Source of the DNA: Candidatus Nanopelagicales bacterium
GTDB taxonomy: Bacteria > Actinomycetota > Actinomycetes > Nanopelagicales > Nanopelagicaceae
Length of the DNA: 64,000 bases
Assembly: GCA_041311505.1 (NCBI GenBank)
Contig: JBFYJI010000003.1
Location: 1,710-65,709, forward strand
Reading direction: 5' to 3'
The first letter of the stretch is position 1; each line of letters starts with the position of its first letter. Below the pieces are notes generated by a model. The model saw only the letters and a list, made by a program, of their open reading frames with translations. It was not told the origin of the DNA and searched no databases. Of this stretch, positions 19,280 to 27,723 are shown one piece after another. Position numbers and translations under genes: made by a program.

Positions 19280-20446
19280 TCAAGCAGAGATATATAGCTT
19301 TGTGAATGTGTATTCGCGGTGACCCATTACCTCAGCGGTGCAGAGACGACCGTTTACTGTGCGCTCGATGACCTCCATCATCATGTCGCCAGCCTTGGTC
19401 AAGTCATACTCGTAACGAAGGAGGCCAGAGACATCGAGGTCCATATGCTCTTTCATGCTACGTGCAGTCTTGATATTTGCAGTCAACTTCAATACAGGGA
19501 TGATTGGATTACCAATCACATTGCCCTGACCTGTTGGGAACAAGTGGATGACTGCGCCAGCAGCTGCCATGAGAGTTACGCACTCTGCTGCAGCTGAAGA
19601 GGTATCCATGAAGTAGAGACCCTGTTTACCGCGAGGTGGCTCTTGAGCAGGCTTGAGAACACCGACCACTGGAACAGAGCCAGTCTTTGCGATATTTCCA
19701 AGAGCCTTCTCTTCAATTGTTGTGAGGCCACCAGCGATATTGCCCTGTGTTGGCTGTGAGCCAAGAAGGTTTGCGCCAGTTGATTCGATGACCTTGATGT
19801 AGTTGTCATATGTCTGCTGGAACAAGTTGCGGCAAGCATCATCGATGCAACGATCTGCAATGAGGTGCTCTCCACCTGTGAGCTCTGATGTCTCACCGAA
19901 GAAGACTGTTCCACCCGCTTCAACCCAACGGTCAACAGCTTGTGATGTTGTAGGGCATGAGCCGAGGCCAGATGTTGTATCTGACTCACCGCACTTGATC
20001 GACATGATCATGTCGCCGATCTCTGCCTGCTCGCGCTGAAGCTCTGATGCATCCTGGAGGAACATCGCAGCAACGCGGCTTGCTTCAGCAATAACTTGGA
20101 GATCGCCCTTACCTTCGATAGAAAATGCCGCGACAGGCTTACCTGTTGTTGCGATTCCATCTGCAACTTTCTGTGTCCACTTTGGCTCAATACCGATAAC
20201 TACTACAGCGGCAACGTTTGGATTGCGACCTGTTCCGATAAGAGTCTGGAAAGTGAGTTCGAGATCTTCACCGAACTGCAAACGACCAAATGCATGTGGA
20301 AGTGCGAGTGTGCCTGGAATAACCTTCGCGACTGCCTCGGCAGCTGCATTTGAGAGGTCATCGAGAGGCAAGATAATGACGTGATTGCGGATACCCATCG
20401 TGCCGTTCTGGCGACGGTATCCGGTTAAGCGCGGCTTGCTTCCCAT
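19280..20446 (-). CDS. suyB: (2R)-sulfolactate sulfo-lyase beta subunit (UxaA family)
   Basis: GIRNHVIILPLDDLSNAA, GRLQFGEDL, KCGESDTTSG, GGLTTIEEKALG and FPTGQGN motifs; 388 aa with a separate SAF subunit. Confidence 0.85.
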   Translation of the reverse strand: MGSKPRLTGYRRQNGTMGIRNHVIILPLDDLSNAAAEAVAKVIPGTLALPHAFGRLQFGEDLELTFQTLIGTGRNPNVAAVVVIGIEPKWTQKVADGIATTGKPVAAFSIEGKGDLQVIAEASRVAAMFLQDASELQREQAEIGDMIMSIKCGESDTTSGLGSCPTTSQAVDRWVEAGGTVFFGETSELTGGEHLIADRCIDDACRNLFQQTYDNYIKVIESTGANLLGSQPTQGNIAGGLTTIEEKALGNIAKTGSVPVVGVLKPAQEPPRGKQGLYFMDTSSAAAECVTLMAAAGAVIHLFPTGQGNVIGNPIIPVLKLTANIKTARSMKEHMDLDVSGLLRYEYDLTKAGDMMMEVIERTVNGRLCTAEVMGHREYTFTKLYISA

Positions 20447-20727
20447 CGATAACTCCTCATGTTGTGTGTATGGATGTAATCACCTTTTTTGATAGGCGCT
20501 GAAGCAAGGCCAACTTTGATGCCGTACTTGATAATCGCATCGCCCTCTGCGAGATCGGTCAGAGCGAACTTATGACCGAGTGGAATTGCATGATTTAAAA
20601 CAGCTGTGCTCTCAGTTCCCTGCTTCACAGAACGTCCGTGAAGAGTCCCTGGCTCCAGATCTTCCATCGCCACTGCGACGTTATCGCCATCGTGGTGAAG
20701 TAAGAACTGTGGAGGTGTGATTGCCAT
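20425..20727 (-). CDS. suyA: Sulfolactate sulfo-lyase alpha subunit (SAF domain)
   Basis: DNVAVA, IPLGHKFAL, IIKYG and IHTHN motifs; directly upstream of suyB. Confidence 0.85.
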   Translation of the reverse strand: MAITPPQFLLHHDGDNVAVAMEDLEPGTLHGRSVKQGTESTAVLNHAIPLGHKFALTDLAEGDAIIKYGIKVGLASAPIKKGDYIHTHNMRSYRWEASRA

Positions 20728-20784
20728 AAATGCCCCTCTCCTTACTGACTCTTATATCTGAAATATCAGCCACATCTGGTGAAG

Positions 20785-20795
20785 TGGTCTGACCT
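20785..20795. promoter_or_regulatory. FadR-type operator TGGTCTGACCT
   Basis: AAGTGGTCTGACCTCTT is identical to the site at 29127-29143; lies just downstream of a minus-strand TAGACT -10-like hexamer. Confidence 0.75.
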
Positions 20796-20857
20796 CTTGC
20801 GGAAGTCTAAAGGTTTTACGCGTATTTTGTCTAGAGCCCTCCCCTATTTTCTCCAAG

Positions 20858-20868
20858 TGGTCTAACCT
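20858..20868. promoter_or_regulatory. FadR-type operator TGGTCTAACCT overlapping a TAACCT -10 of a probably leaderless gene
   Basis: CTCCAAGTGGTCT flank shared with the 29123 site; 6 nt between TAACCT and the ATG. Confidence 0.65.
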
Positions 20869-20874
20869 TTACCC

Positions 20875-21978
20875 ATGGGACGCGAACTTCGATATGGCAT
20901 CATCGGCGCTGGCAGCATGGGGCGCGAGCACATCCTCAATATCTCTGTGATGGGTGGAGGCGTCGTTACCGCCCTCGCCGATCCCCACCAGGCGAGCCTC
21001 GATAGCTCCTTGGCTCTAGCCCCTGGAGCCAAGACATTTACCGATCATCGCGCTCTCCTTGACTCAGGACTTGTCGATGCTGTCGTCATCGCAACCCCCA
21101 ATGACACCCACGCAGCCGTCCTTAAAGATGTTCTCGCAACAGATATAGCCGCTCTTATTGAGAAGCCACTTGCAACGACTATGGAAGATTGCAAAGCGAT
21201 CACATCGTGGGGCGAGAAGCGCAGCGCTCTTACATGGATGGCTCTTGAGTATCGTTTTATGCCACCTGTGACTGAGGTGATTCAACGCGCAAAGGCAGGC
21301 GAGGCAGGAAAGATTCATCAAGTCTCTATCCGCGAACATCGCGAGCCTTTCTATCCCAAGGTCGATAACTGGAATCGCTTTACAGAGCGCACTGGTGGAA
21401 CCCTCGTTGAAAAATGCTGCCACTACTTCAATTTGATGGATATCGTCATCGGCGAAAATCCAGTGCGAGTCTTTGCTTCAGGCAATCAAGCCGTTAACCA
21501 CCTCGATGAGAAGTACGACGGACGTCAGGCAGATATGCTCGATAACGCCTACGTCATTCTCGAATACGCTAATGGCGCGCGCGGAATGCTCGATCTCTGC
21601 ATGTTTGCAGAGGGCACATTCGATAAAGAGATTCTCACCGTTGTCGGCAGTGAAGGAAAGCTCGAATCATTCCTTCCATCACAGACTCTTAAAGCATCAC
21701 GCCGCGACAACTATGGCGCTCGTAAAGAGTGGTCGAGCGGTGCAAGCCAAGGCACCGGCAATGAGGTCAAGCACGTTCATAATTACGATGTCCGTTATAT
21801 GGGCCACCACTTCGGTGCAAGCTATCTCGAGCATGTGAAGTTCCGCGATGCCCTACTGAATTCAACTCCTGCAGAGGTCACACTCAACGATGGAGTCACT
21901 AGCGTTGCCACAGGACTTGCAGCTCATAAATCAATCCGCGAAGGTCGTGTGGTTACCCTCGCTGAGATGTGGGCTTAA
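20875..21978 (+). CDS. Gfo/Idh/MocA-fold protein, probable NAD+-dependent sulfoquinovosidase (SqgA/GH188-like)
   Basis: GAGSMG, EKP, LEYRFMP, EHREPFYPKVDNWNRF, GGTLVEKCCH and GHHFG recalled as GH188-like; sulfoglycolysis context. Confidence 0.72.
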   Translation: MGRELRYGIIGAGSMGREHILNISVMGGGVVTALADPHQASLDSSLALAPGAKTFTDHRALLDSGLVDAVVIATPNDTHAAVLKDVLATDIAALIEKPLATTMEDCKAITSWGEKRSALTWMALEYRFMPPVTEVIQRAKAGEAGKIHQVSIREHREPFYPKVDNWNRFTERTGGTLVEKCCHYFNLMDIVIGENPVRVFASGNQAVNHLDEKYDGRQADMLDNAYVILEYANGARGMLDLCMFAEGTFDKEILTVVGSEGKLESFLPSQTLKASRRDNYGARKEWSSGASQGTGNEVKHVHNYDVRYMGHHFGASYLEHVKFRDALLNSTPAEVTLNDGVTSVATGLAAHKSIREGRVVTLAEMWA

Positions 21979-21986
21979 ACGGCTAC

Positions 21987-22871
21987 TTATCGGACATCAC
22001 TCCAAGGTCTAGCGTACTGATCCACAATCTCGGCAAGCTTCTCTAAACGTGGAATAGATACCTCTCGAAGTGCTGCAGGGATATCTGCTGCTCCCACAAT
22101 ATCTGCCCAGACTGCACGTCCTGCCAAGAAACCACTTGCTCCACCTTGAGCACATGCCTTTACTGCTTCTGCAAAGAAAGGCGCCTTCACACCGTTAGAG
22201 AGAACAACCCAAGGAGTTCCAACCGCCTCTGTAATGCGCTGGGCATTACGAGTGATCGCAGTGAGGTCTCCTTCACCATGGAAAGGAACCTCTGCCTTAT
22301 AGAGATCTGCCTTCCAGTTGGCAGCTTCCTTTGCAGCAATGACCAACTCTTCTTCGCGATCAAAGGATCGAGATGAGTCAGCTGGTGGCTTAACTATTAC
22401 CTCAATGATGGATGGTAGTCCTGACTTTTCGCAGAGCGAATTGAACTCCTCAACTAGCTTGAGGCGTGATTCAGGGCTTTCGTCGTTGCGCCAGAGAACG
22501 AGGAATTTAAGTCCTACAGATCCAATATCGCGCATACGTAGTGGATCAACATCTGGATCTACTGCAGTATCGGTTGCTGCACCACCTGCAGGTCCGACTA
22601 AGAGATCTGCTGCAGCGATGAGTCCGCAAGATGGTGCCAAGACTTTCTGATCGATGATTGCATCGATTCCGAACTCTTGATCCACAAGGAGGGCTGATGC
22701 AAATGGTGAGAGCTCGCGAGCAACATCGACTTTAAATTGAGTCAGCTGTGAATCAGGGACGGGTGTGCTCTGATGTGCTGCAAACATTCCACGCAACGCT
22801 TCGCGCTGATCGACTGCAACCATTGCAAGAGCTCCTGATGGACGTGCCAGTTTTGTTAGTGCTCTTCTCAT
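21987..22871 (-). CDS. yihT: Sulfofructose-1-phosphate aldolase (YihT-like, class I)
   Basis: AMVAVDQREA, SPFASALLVDQ, KFLVLWR, FDRE, ADLYK, PWVVLS and GASGFLAGRAVWA follow E. coli YihT as recalled. Confidence 0.82.
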   Translation of the reverse strand: MRRALTKLARPSGALAMVAVDQREALRGMFAAHQSTPVPDSQLTQFKVDVARELSPFASALLVDQEFGIDAIIDQKVLAPSCGLIAAADLLVGPAGGAATDTAVDPDVDPLRMRDIGSVGLKFLVLWRNDESPESRLKLVEEFNSLCEKSGLPSIIEVIVKPPADSSRSFDREEELVIAAKEAANWKADLYKAEVPFHGEGDLTAITRNAQRITEAVGTPWVVLSNGVKAPFFAEAVKACAQGGASGFLAGRAVWADIVGAADIPAALREVSIPRLEKLAEIVDQYARPWSDVR

Positions 22872-23761
22872 GATTGTGCCTCCAGATAGGTGTCGAGTTC
22901 GCTACGTGTGGGAATTGCTGACTGTGCATCGAGCCCTCTACATGAGAGAGCTGCAACTGCATTAGAACGAGTAAGAGCTTCTGCCATAGGGCGTCCTTCG
23001 ACGACCTGTGCCAGGAGAGCTCCGTGAAATACATCGCCGGCACCGAGGGTGCTAACGACATCAATTGAGAAACCTGGTGCGGTGTAATACTGATATGAAT
23101 ATGCAGCGCTACCTTCAGAGCCACATGTGGCAACGACGATATTTGAACTCTTCATTGCATCGCTCTTCATCGCCTCTTCTAGTGAGAGGGTTGGATATCT
23201 CAGAGCCATCTGGCGATCTGTTGGGACAAAGAGATCTACCAATGAGGCATCAAACTTTTCGACCCCATACCCTGCATCAAATGAGATCTTTGGCCCACTA
23301 CCGCGCTTGACCCCAAGCTCCTCAAGGCGATTGATGCCGACATGATCGCAGTGAATCCACTCTGCTCCCTGGGCTAATTCTTTAGCTGCTTGGTTGATAG
23401 GTGCCTGCTGCACTGGCTGGCGAGTACTAATCGCACGAGCGCTATGTTCGCGCGAGGCGACAATGACGCTTCCTGCCGTCGCCGTGGTGCCAATTGAAAT
23501 GCCAGAGGTATCGACGCCTTCGCGCTTAAAGATCTCGAGAATCTCGCGGCCATCGGCATCATCGCCGATAGTGCCGGCAATTGCTGTTGGGATCCCTAGT
23601 CGCGCAAGAGCAACAGCTGCTACCGCTGCTGGTCCCCCACCGCCGCGAGCAATTCGCTCGGCGATAACGCGTTCATCTTCTGATGGATATTTATCAACAA
23701 GTGCCACCGTATCCATGGTGATGACACCGATACAGAGAACTTTCGCCTTACTCACCGGCAT
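22868..23761 (-). CDS. PfkB-family sugar kinase, probable sulfofructose kinase (YihV-like)
   Basis: GGGPAAVAAVALARLG and STLGAGDVFHGA motifs; ATGA-coupled to the aldolase; start codon uncertain. Confidence 0.78.
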   Translation of the reverse strand: MPVSKAKVLCIGVITMDTVALVDKYPSEDERVIAERIARGGGGPAAVAAVALARLGIPTAIAGTIGDDADGREILEIFKREGVDTSGISIGTTATAGSVIVASREHSARAISTRQPVQQAPINQAAKELAQGAEWIHCDHVGINRLEELGVKRGSGPKISFDAGYGVEKFDASLVDLFVPTDRQMALRYPTLSLEEAMKSDAMKSSNIVVATCGSEGSAAYSYQYYTAPGFSIDVVSTLGAGDVFHGALLAQVVEGRPMAEALTRSNAVAALSCRGLDAQSAIPTRSELDTYLEAQS

Positions 23762-24452
23762 CAGCGAGAGCGGTCGCACGGGCTCCAGAGATATGTTGAT
23801 GGGTTAACTTTGCAGCGCGTGCTCCATCGCCCTTTTCAATTGCATCGAGAATCTCATTATGTTCTCTGCGAGAGATCTCTTTGCGGCCCGGAAGTCGAAG
23901 AGTTGTATCCATCGACATCTTCATGACATCTTGCAGAACGTTGAGTGTCTGATTGATAAATCGATTACCTGCAATACCGACGATCGTAAGGTGAAACTTT
24001 GCATCGAGGAGCTGAAGTTGATCGTAATCAATCGGCTCTTTTGCGCAGATGGTGTCGATCTGGTTGAGGGTTGCACGAAGGACTCGAATATCTTCCTTGG
24101 TCGCCTTTGATGCTGCCCAGTTAGAAGCTGGCACCTCGAGAACCTCACGGGCATCGAAGAGTTCGTTGAGATCATGGGTTGAAGCCATCATCGAAGCGCG
24201 AAGCTCTTGCGCCAGTAAAGGTTCTTGCACAAATGTTCCCTGGCCATGGCGAATCTGTACTAGACCTTGTGCCTGCAAGATATGGAGAGCTTCTCGGAGT
24301 GATGGTCGAGAGACTTCGAGGAGATCTGCGAGCTGTCGCTCAGGCGGCAACTTATCTCCCGGAGCAAGGCTTTGAAGTTCGATCAACTCTGTTAATTGCT
24401 GTGCAATCTTCGCCGCTCTCTGAGGAGCAAGGTGGGTGGCCGCGGTACTCAT
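23748..24452 (-). CDS. FadR/GntR-family transcriptional regulator
   Basis: PGDKLPPERQLA...VSRPSLREA wHTH followed by an FCD domain. Confidence 0.93.
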   Translation of the reverse strand: MSTAATHLAPQRAAKIAQQLTELIELQSLAPGDKLPPERQLADLLEVSRPSLREALHILQAQGLVQIRHGQGTFVQEPLLAQELRASMMASTHDLNELFDAREVLEVPASNWAASKATKEDIRVLRATLNQIDTICAKEPIDYDQLQLLDAKFHLTIVGIAGNRFINQTLNVLQDVMKMSMDTTLRLPGRKEISRREHNEILDAIEKGDGARAAKLTHQHISGARATALADAGE

Positions 24453-24456
24453 ATCC

Positions 24457-25272
24457 CTAGCCTTTCACAGCACCTGCTGTGAGCCCAGCAATAAATGACT
24501 TCTGGGCGACGATATACATCACAACCATTGGGATTGAAGCGACGATGATGGCGGTAAAGAGCATGCTGTAGCTCGTTGCAAACTCTCCCTTGAAGTCGAT
24601 GAGCACGAGTGGAAGGGTCTTCTTCGAAGCCTCACTAATGAGCATGAGTGGATAGAGGAGATCGTTCCAGGTAATGACAAAGAGGAAGATTCCGGTTGCA
24701 CCTACTGCAGGGCGAGCAAGTGGAAGTGCGATGGAGCGGTAGATGCGCCACTGATTTGCGCCATCTAGACCTGCCGACTCAAACATCTCCCTTGGAAGAT
24801 CTTTGAAGAATGCAGTAATGATGAAGACAGAGATGGGAAGTGTCAGCGCAATGTTGACGAGAACAAGACCATGGAGGGTGTTGTTGAGGTGCAACTTAGT
24901 GAAGAGGGTAAAGATTGGAATAATATTGATCTGACCTGGAATTGCCAGACCAAGTGAGAAGAGGAGGAAGAGGACCTTTCCTGTCACTGTGATGCTTCGT
25001 GCGATTGCGTAGGCGACCATGCTTGCAAAGAGAAGCGTGAAGAAGACAGAGAAAACTGAGACGATGACTGAGTTGCGGAATGGAACAATCATATTTCCAT
25101 CTGCAAAGAGCGCTTTAAAGTTATCGAAGTTGAGTGACTTTGGCAGAGCAAGTGGCTTTGTGTAGATCTCAAGGTCGGTCTTGAAAGTACCAAGCACAAC
25201 TATTGATGTAGGAATAATGACAGCTAGTGCAAAGAGAGTAAGGGTTGTGGTCTTAAAGACTTTATAGATCAT
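24457..25272 (-). CDS. Carbohydrate ABC permease
   Basis: ESAGLDGAN loop; C-terminal GLTAGAVKG. Confidence 0.93.
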   Translation of the reverse strand: MIYKVFKTTTLTLFALAVIIPTSIVVLGTFKTDLEIYTKPLALPKSLNFDNFKALFADGNMIVPFRNSVIVSVFSVFFTLLFASMVAYAIARSITVTGKVLFLLFSLGLAIPGQINIIPIFTLFTKLHLNNTLHGLVLVNIALTLPISVFIITAFFKDLPREMFESAGLDGANQWRIYRSIALPLARPAVGATGIFLFVITWNDLLYPLMLISEASKKTLPLVLIDFKGEFATSYSMLFTAIIVASIPMVVMYIVAQKSFIAGLTAGAVKG

Positions 25273-25274
25273 TC

Positions 25275-26123
25275 TTAACTCTCCGTCCTATTCTTGAGCA
25301 CACGGCGCTGCAACCAGGTGACGAGCAAGACGAGAATCACGAGGTAGATAGATTGCGCTGCGGCATATCCAAATTTGTAACCCACAAATGCTGAGTTATA
25401 GACCAAGTTAACGAGAAGGTCTGAGCCATTGAGCGATGCTGGCTGAGCCATTGAGTAGACGAGGTCGAAGGCTCTAAAGGTCTGAATAGTTGTATATGCG
25501 ACAACAACGGCAGTTGTTGGCATCGCCATAGGCCAGGTCACGTTCTTAAATTGCTGCCAGCGAGTTGCGCCATCTACCTCGGCTGCTTCGTAGAGATCAG
25601 ATGGAATCTGCTGAAGTCCAGCTACATAGATGATAACCATCTGGCCTGTGTGGAACCAGATCTGAGTTACTGCAATCGCGTAGAGGGCGAGCTTTGGATC
25701 TGCAAGCCAATTCTTGGCTAGGAAATCAAGGCCGAAGAACTTCAGTGATGCGTTGATAAATCCGAAGTTTGGGTCATAGAGGAAGTTCCAGATAAGACCA
25801 ACGGATACTGAAGAGAGAATTGTTGGGAAGAAGAAGAGTGTGCGTAAGAAGATATTGACCTTTGTGTTCTTGACCAAGAAAGTCGCAACAAGAAGTGCCA
25901 GACCAGTCTGGAAGATCACAACGATCAGAGAGAATCTAAAGTTATTTCCAACTACCTTCAAGAAGAGGTCATCGTTGGTGAGGAGGTAAGTAAAGTTGCG
26001 GAGGCCAATCTGAATCGGCTTTGTAACGCCATCCCATCGCGTTGTGGAGTATGCGAGGTTTGAAAGTGATGGGTAGAGATAGAGAAATGCGTAGATTGCA
26101 AAGGCGGGAGAGGCCATCGCCAA
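25275..26123 (-). CDS. Carbohydrate ABC permease (start may extend to 26219)
   Basis: EAAEVDGAT loop; reading frame stays open 32 codons upstream of the TTG. Confidence 0.9.
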   Translation of the reverse strand: MAMASPAFAIYAFLYLYPSLSNLAYSTTRWDGVTKPIQIGLRNFTYLLTNDDLFLKVVGNNFRFSLIVVIFQTGLALLVATFLVKNTKVNIFLRTLFFFPTILSSVSVGLIWNFLYDPNFGFINASLKFFGLDFLAKNWLADPKLALYAIAVTQIWFHTGQMVIIYVAGLQQIPSDLYEAAEVDGATRWQQFKNVTWPMAMPTTAVVVAYTTIQTFRAFDLVYSMAQPASLNGSDLLVNLVYNSAFVGYKFGYAAAQSIYLVILVLLVTWLQRRVLKNRTES

Positions 26124-26164
26124 GAGGATGAGTGACTCCTTCTTACGCTTCTTCTTTGGTGCAG

Positions 26165-26199
26165 GAAGCTGACCCCCACCAGTGGTGGGGGTCAGCTTC
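26165..26199. other. 16-bp perfect stem-loop after the SBP gene (mRNA stabiliser or attenuator)
   Basis: GAAGCTGACCCCCACC-AGT-GGTGGGGGTCAGCTTC; no long U tract on the minus strand. Confidence 0.8.
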
Positions 26200-26218
26200 T
26201 TTCCAGCTTTTAGCTTAA

Positions 26219-27664
26219 TTAGGCACCGATTCCTTGCTTGATTGTCTTCGATGCTGCAGTCAACGTTGCATTCACGTCAGCTCCGCCACCGATTGCGATA
26301 AGCGCATCTTCGAGTGGGTTACGGACGTTGTTGACGTTGATAAACAAGAAGCGTGGAGCAAGAAGAAGCTTCTTACCCATGATGCTTGATGTGTTGAGAA
26401 GGTCAACGTTTGCTGAGTAGTCAACGTTGATGATTGAAACATGCTGTGATGTTCCGACTGCATACTCCTGAGCTGCTGCTGCAGTTGTGAGGTATGACAT
26501 GAAGGCACGAGCGATGTTCTGGTCTGATGCAGAAGCCTTAGTGTTCACGCTAAGGATGAAGGTGTTATTTGTGATTCCTTCATAAGTTGGCTTTGAATCA
26601 GTTGTGATCATTCCGAAGATGCCCATCTTGCCCTTCATATCTGGGTTGAGCTTTGTAACTGTGCTCATACCAAATGTTCCGGTTGGGTAGACAGCTGCCT
26701 TACCTGAAGCAAAGTCTGCTGGAGCAACTGTGTCGTTGTAGCCAGAAACGTTAGCTGGGAAGCAACCTGCATCGTTCATCTGCTTGTACTTATTGGCAAT
26801 GCCCTTGAACCAATCAGATGTGAGATCTTCCTTACCTGATTCGATCGCCGCAACGTGAGCCTTAACGTCAGCAAGTGAAGCTGAGTTCATCATGAATGAG
26901 TTGAGGATCTGACCTGCGTTACCGCGGGTCGCTGCTGGCCATGCGAAAGGAATGATTCCGTCGCCCTTAACCTGCTTACAGAATGAGAGAAGGCCTGACC
27001 ATGTTGTTGGGACCTTGTAACCCTTCTTAGCGAAGAGCTCTGTGTTGTAGATAGGGTTGTTGAAGAGTGACTGGTATGGAACTCCATAGACCTTGCCATC
27101 AACTGTTGCTGGTGTCAATGCAGATTGAATAACGTTCTGCTTTACAAAGCGCTCGCTGCTGATGTTGCGGAGGAGACCACCGTTATAGAACTGATCGAAC
27201 TGACCACCACGTGATGTTACAAAGAGGGCAGCTTCCTTATTAACGCTGATCTTTGAGTAAGCGAGGTTGGTGTAATCGTTTGAAGTCATGATGACCTGGT
27301 TGATCTTTGTACCAGGATTTGCATCTTCGAACTTATCGATAATGCTCTGGAAGACAGCCTTATCTTCTGGGCGCCAGTGATGGAACTCGATTGAGCCCTT
27401 TGGTGCCTTGAGAGCTGCTACAGGTGAACCTGTGTTCGCACCCAAGCGAACGCGCTGCCATGTGAGCTTGCCATTTGATCCCTTGACGCAGATCAAAGAT
27501 GTAGTCATGTTGCCGGTGCTTACGCCTTCGGTTGTACAAGACTTACCAAATTCTTCGCCTGCAGCAAACGTTGCTGGTACTGCTGTAGCGACGAGTGCGA
27601 AAGACACTGCTGCTACTGCACCGATGCGACGAGCGCTGAAGGTATTGATTCCTTTAGCTTTCAT
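26219..27664 (-). CDS. Sugar ABC substrate-binding protein (candidate SQ/SQ-glycerol binder) with an extra N-terminal two-Cys module
   Basis: Signal peptide ending ATFA; no lipobox seen; family-1 SBP features (GKVYGVPY, YNTELF, PTTW). Confidence 0.85.
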   Translation of the reverse strand: MKAKGINTFSARRIGAVAAVSFALVATAVPATFAAGEEFGKSCTTEGVSTGNMTTSLICVKGSNGKLTWQRVRLGANTGSPVAALKAPKGSIEFHHWRPEDKAVFQSIIDKFEDANPGTKINQVIMTSNDYTNLAYSKISVNKEAALFVTSRGGQFDQFYNGGLLRNISSERFVKQNVIQSALTPATVDGKVYGVPYQSLFNNPIYNTELFAKKGYKVPTTWSGLLSFCKQVKGDGIIPFAWPAATRGNAGQILNSFMMNSASLADVKAHVAAIESGKEDLTSDWFKGIANKYKQMNDAGCFPANVSGYNDTVAPADFASGKAAVYPTGTFGMSTVTKLNPDMKGKMGIFGMITTDSKPTYEGITNNTFILSVNTKASASDQNIARAFMSYLTTAAAAQEYAVGTSQHVSIINVDYSANVDLLNTSSIMGKKLLLAPRFLFINVNNVRNPLEDALIAIGGGADVNATLTAASKTIKQGIGA

Positions 27665-27712
27665 TGTGTTTTCCTTGCCTTGTTGGTTGAGGGTTTGGTT
27701 GTGGTTTAGTGC

Positions 27713-27723
27713 TGGTCTTACCA
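27713..27723. promoter_or_regulatory. FadR-type operator TGGTCTTACCA overlapping the isomerase stop codon
   Basis: Matches the other boxes; 48 nt upstream of the SBP start. Confidence 0.5.

Noticed and set aside
19280-22871. Reading the cluster as hexuronate/tagatose/inositol catabolism (UxaA, LacD, IolG)
   Set aside because: The split SAF plus 388-aa lyase with CGESD and GRLQFG motifs, the YihT-like aldolase motifs and the PSE exporter fit sulfonate metabolism better
24457-27664. ABC transporters lacking an ATPase gene
   Set aside because: Normal for actinobacterial CUT1 systems, which share an MsiK-type ATPase
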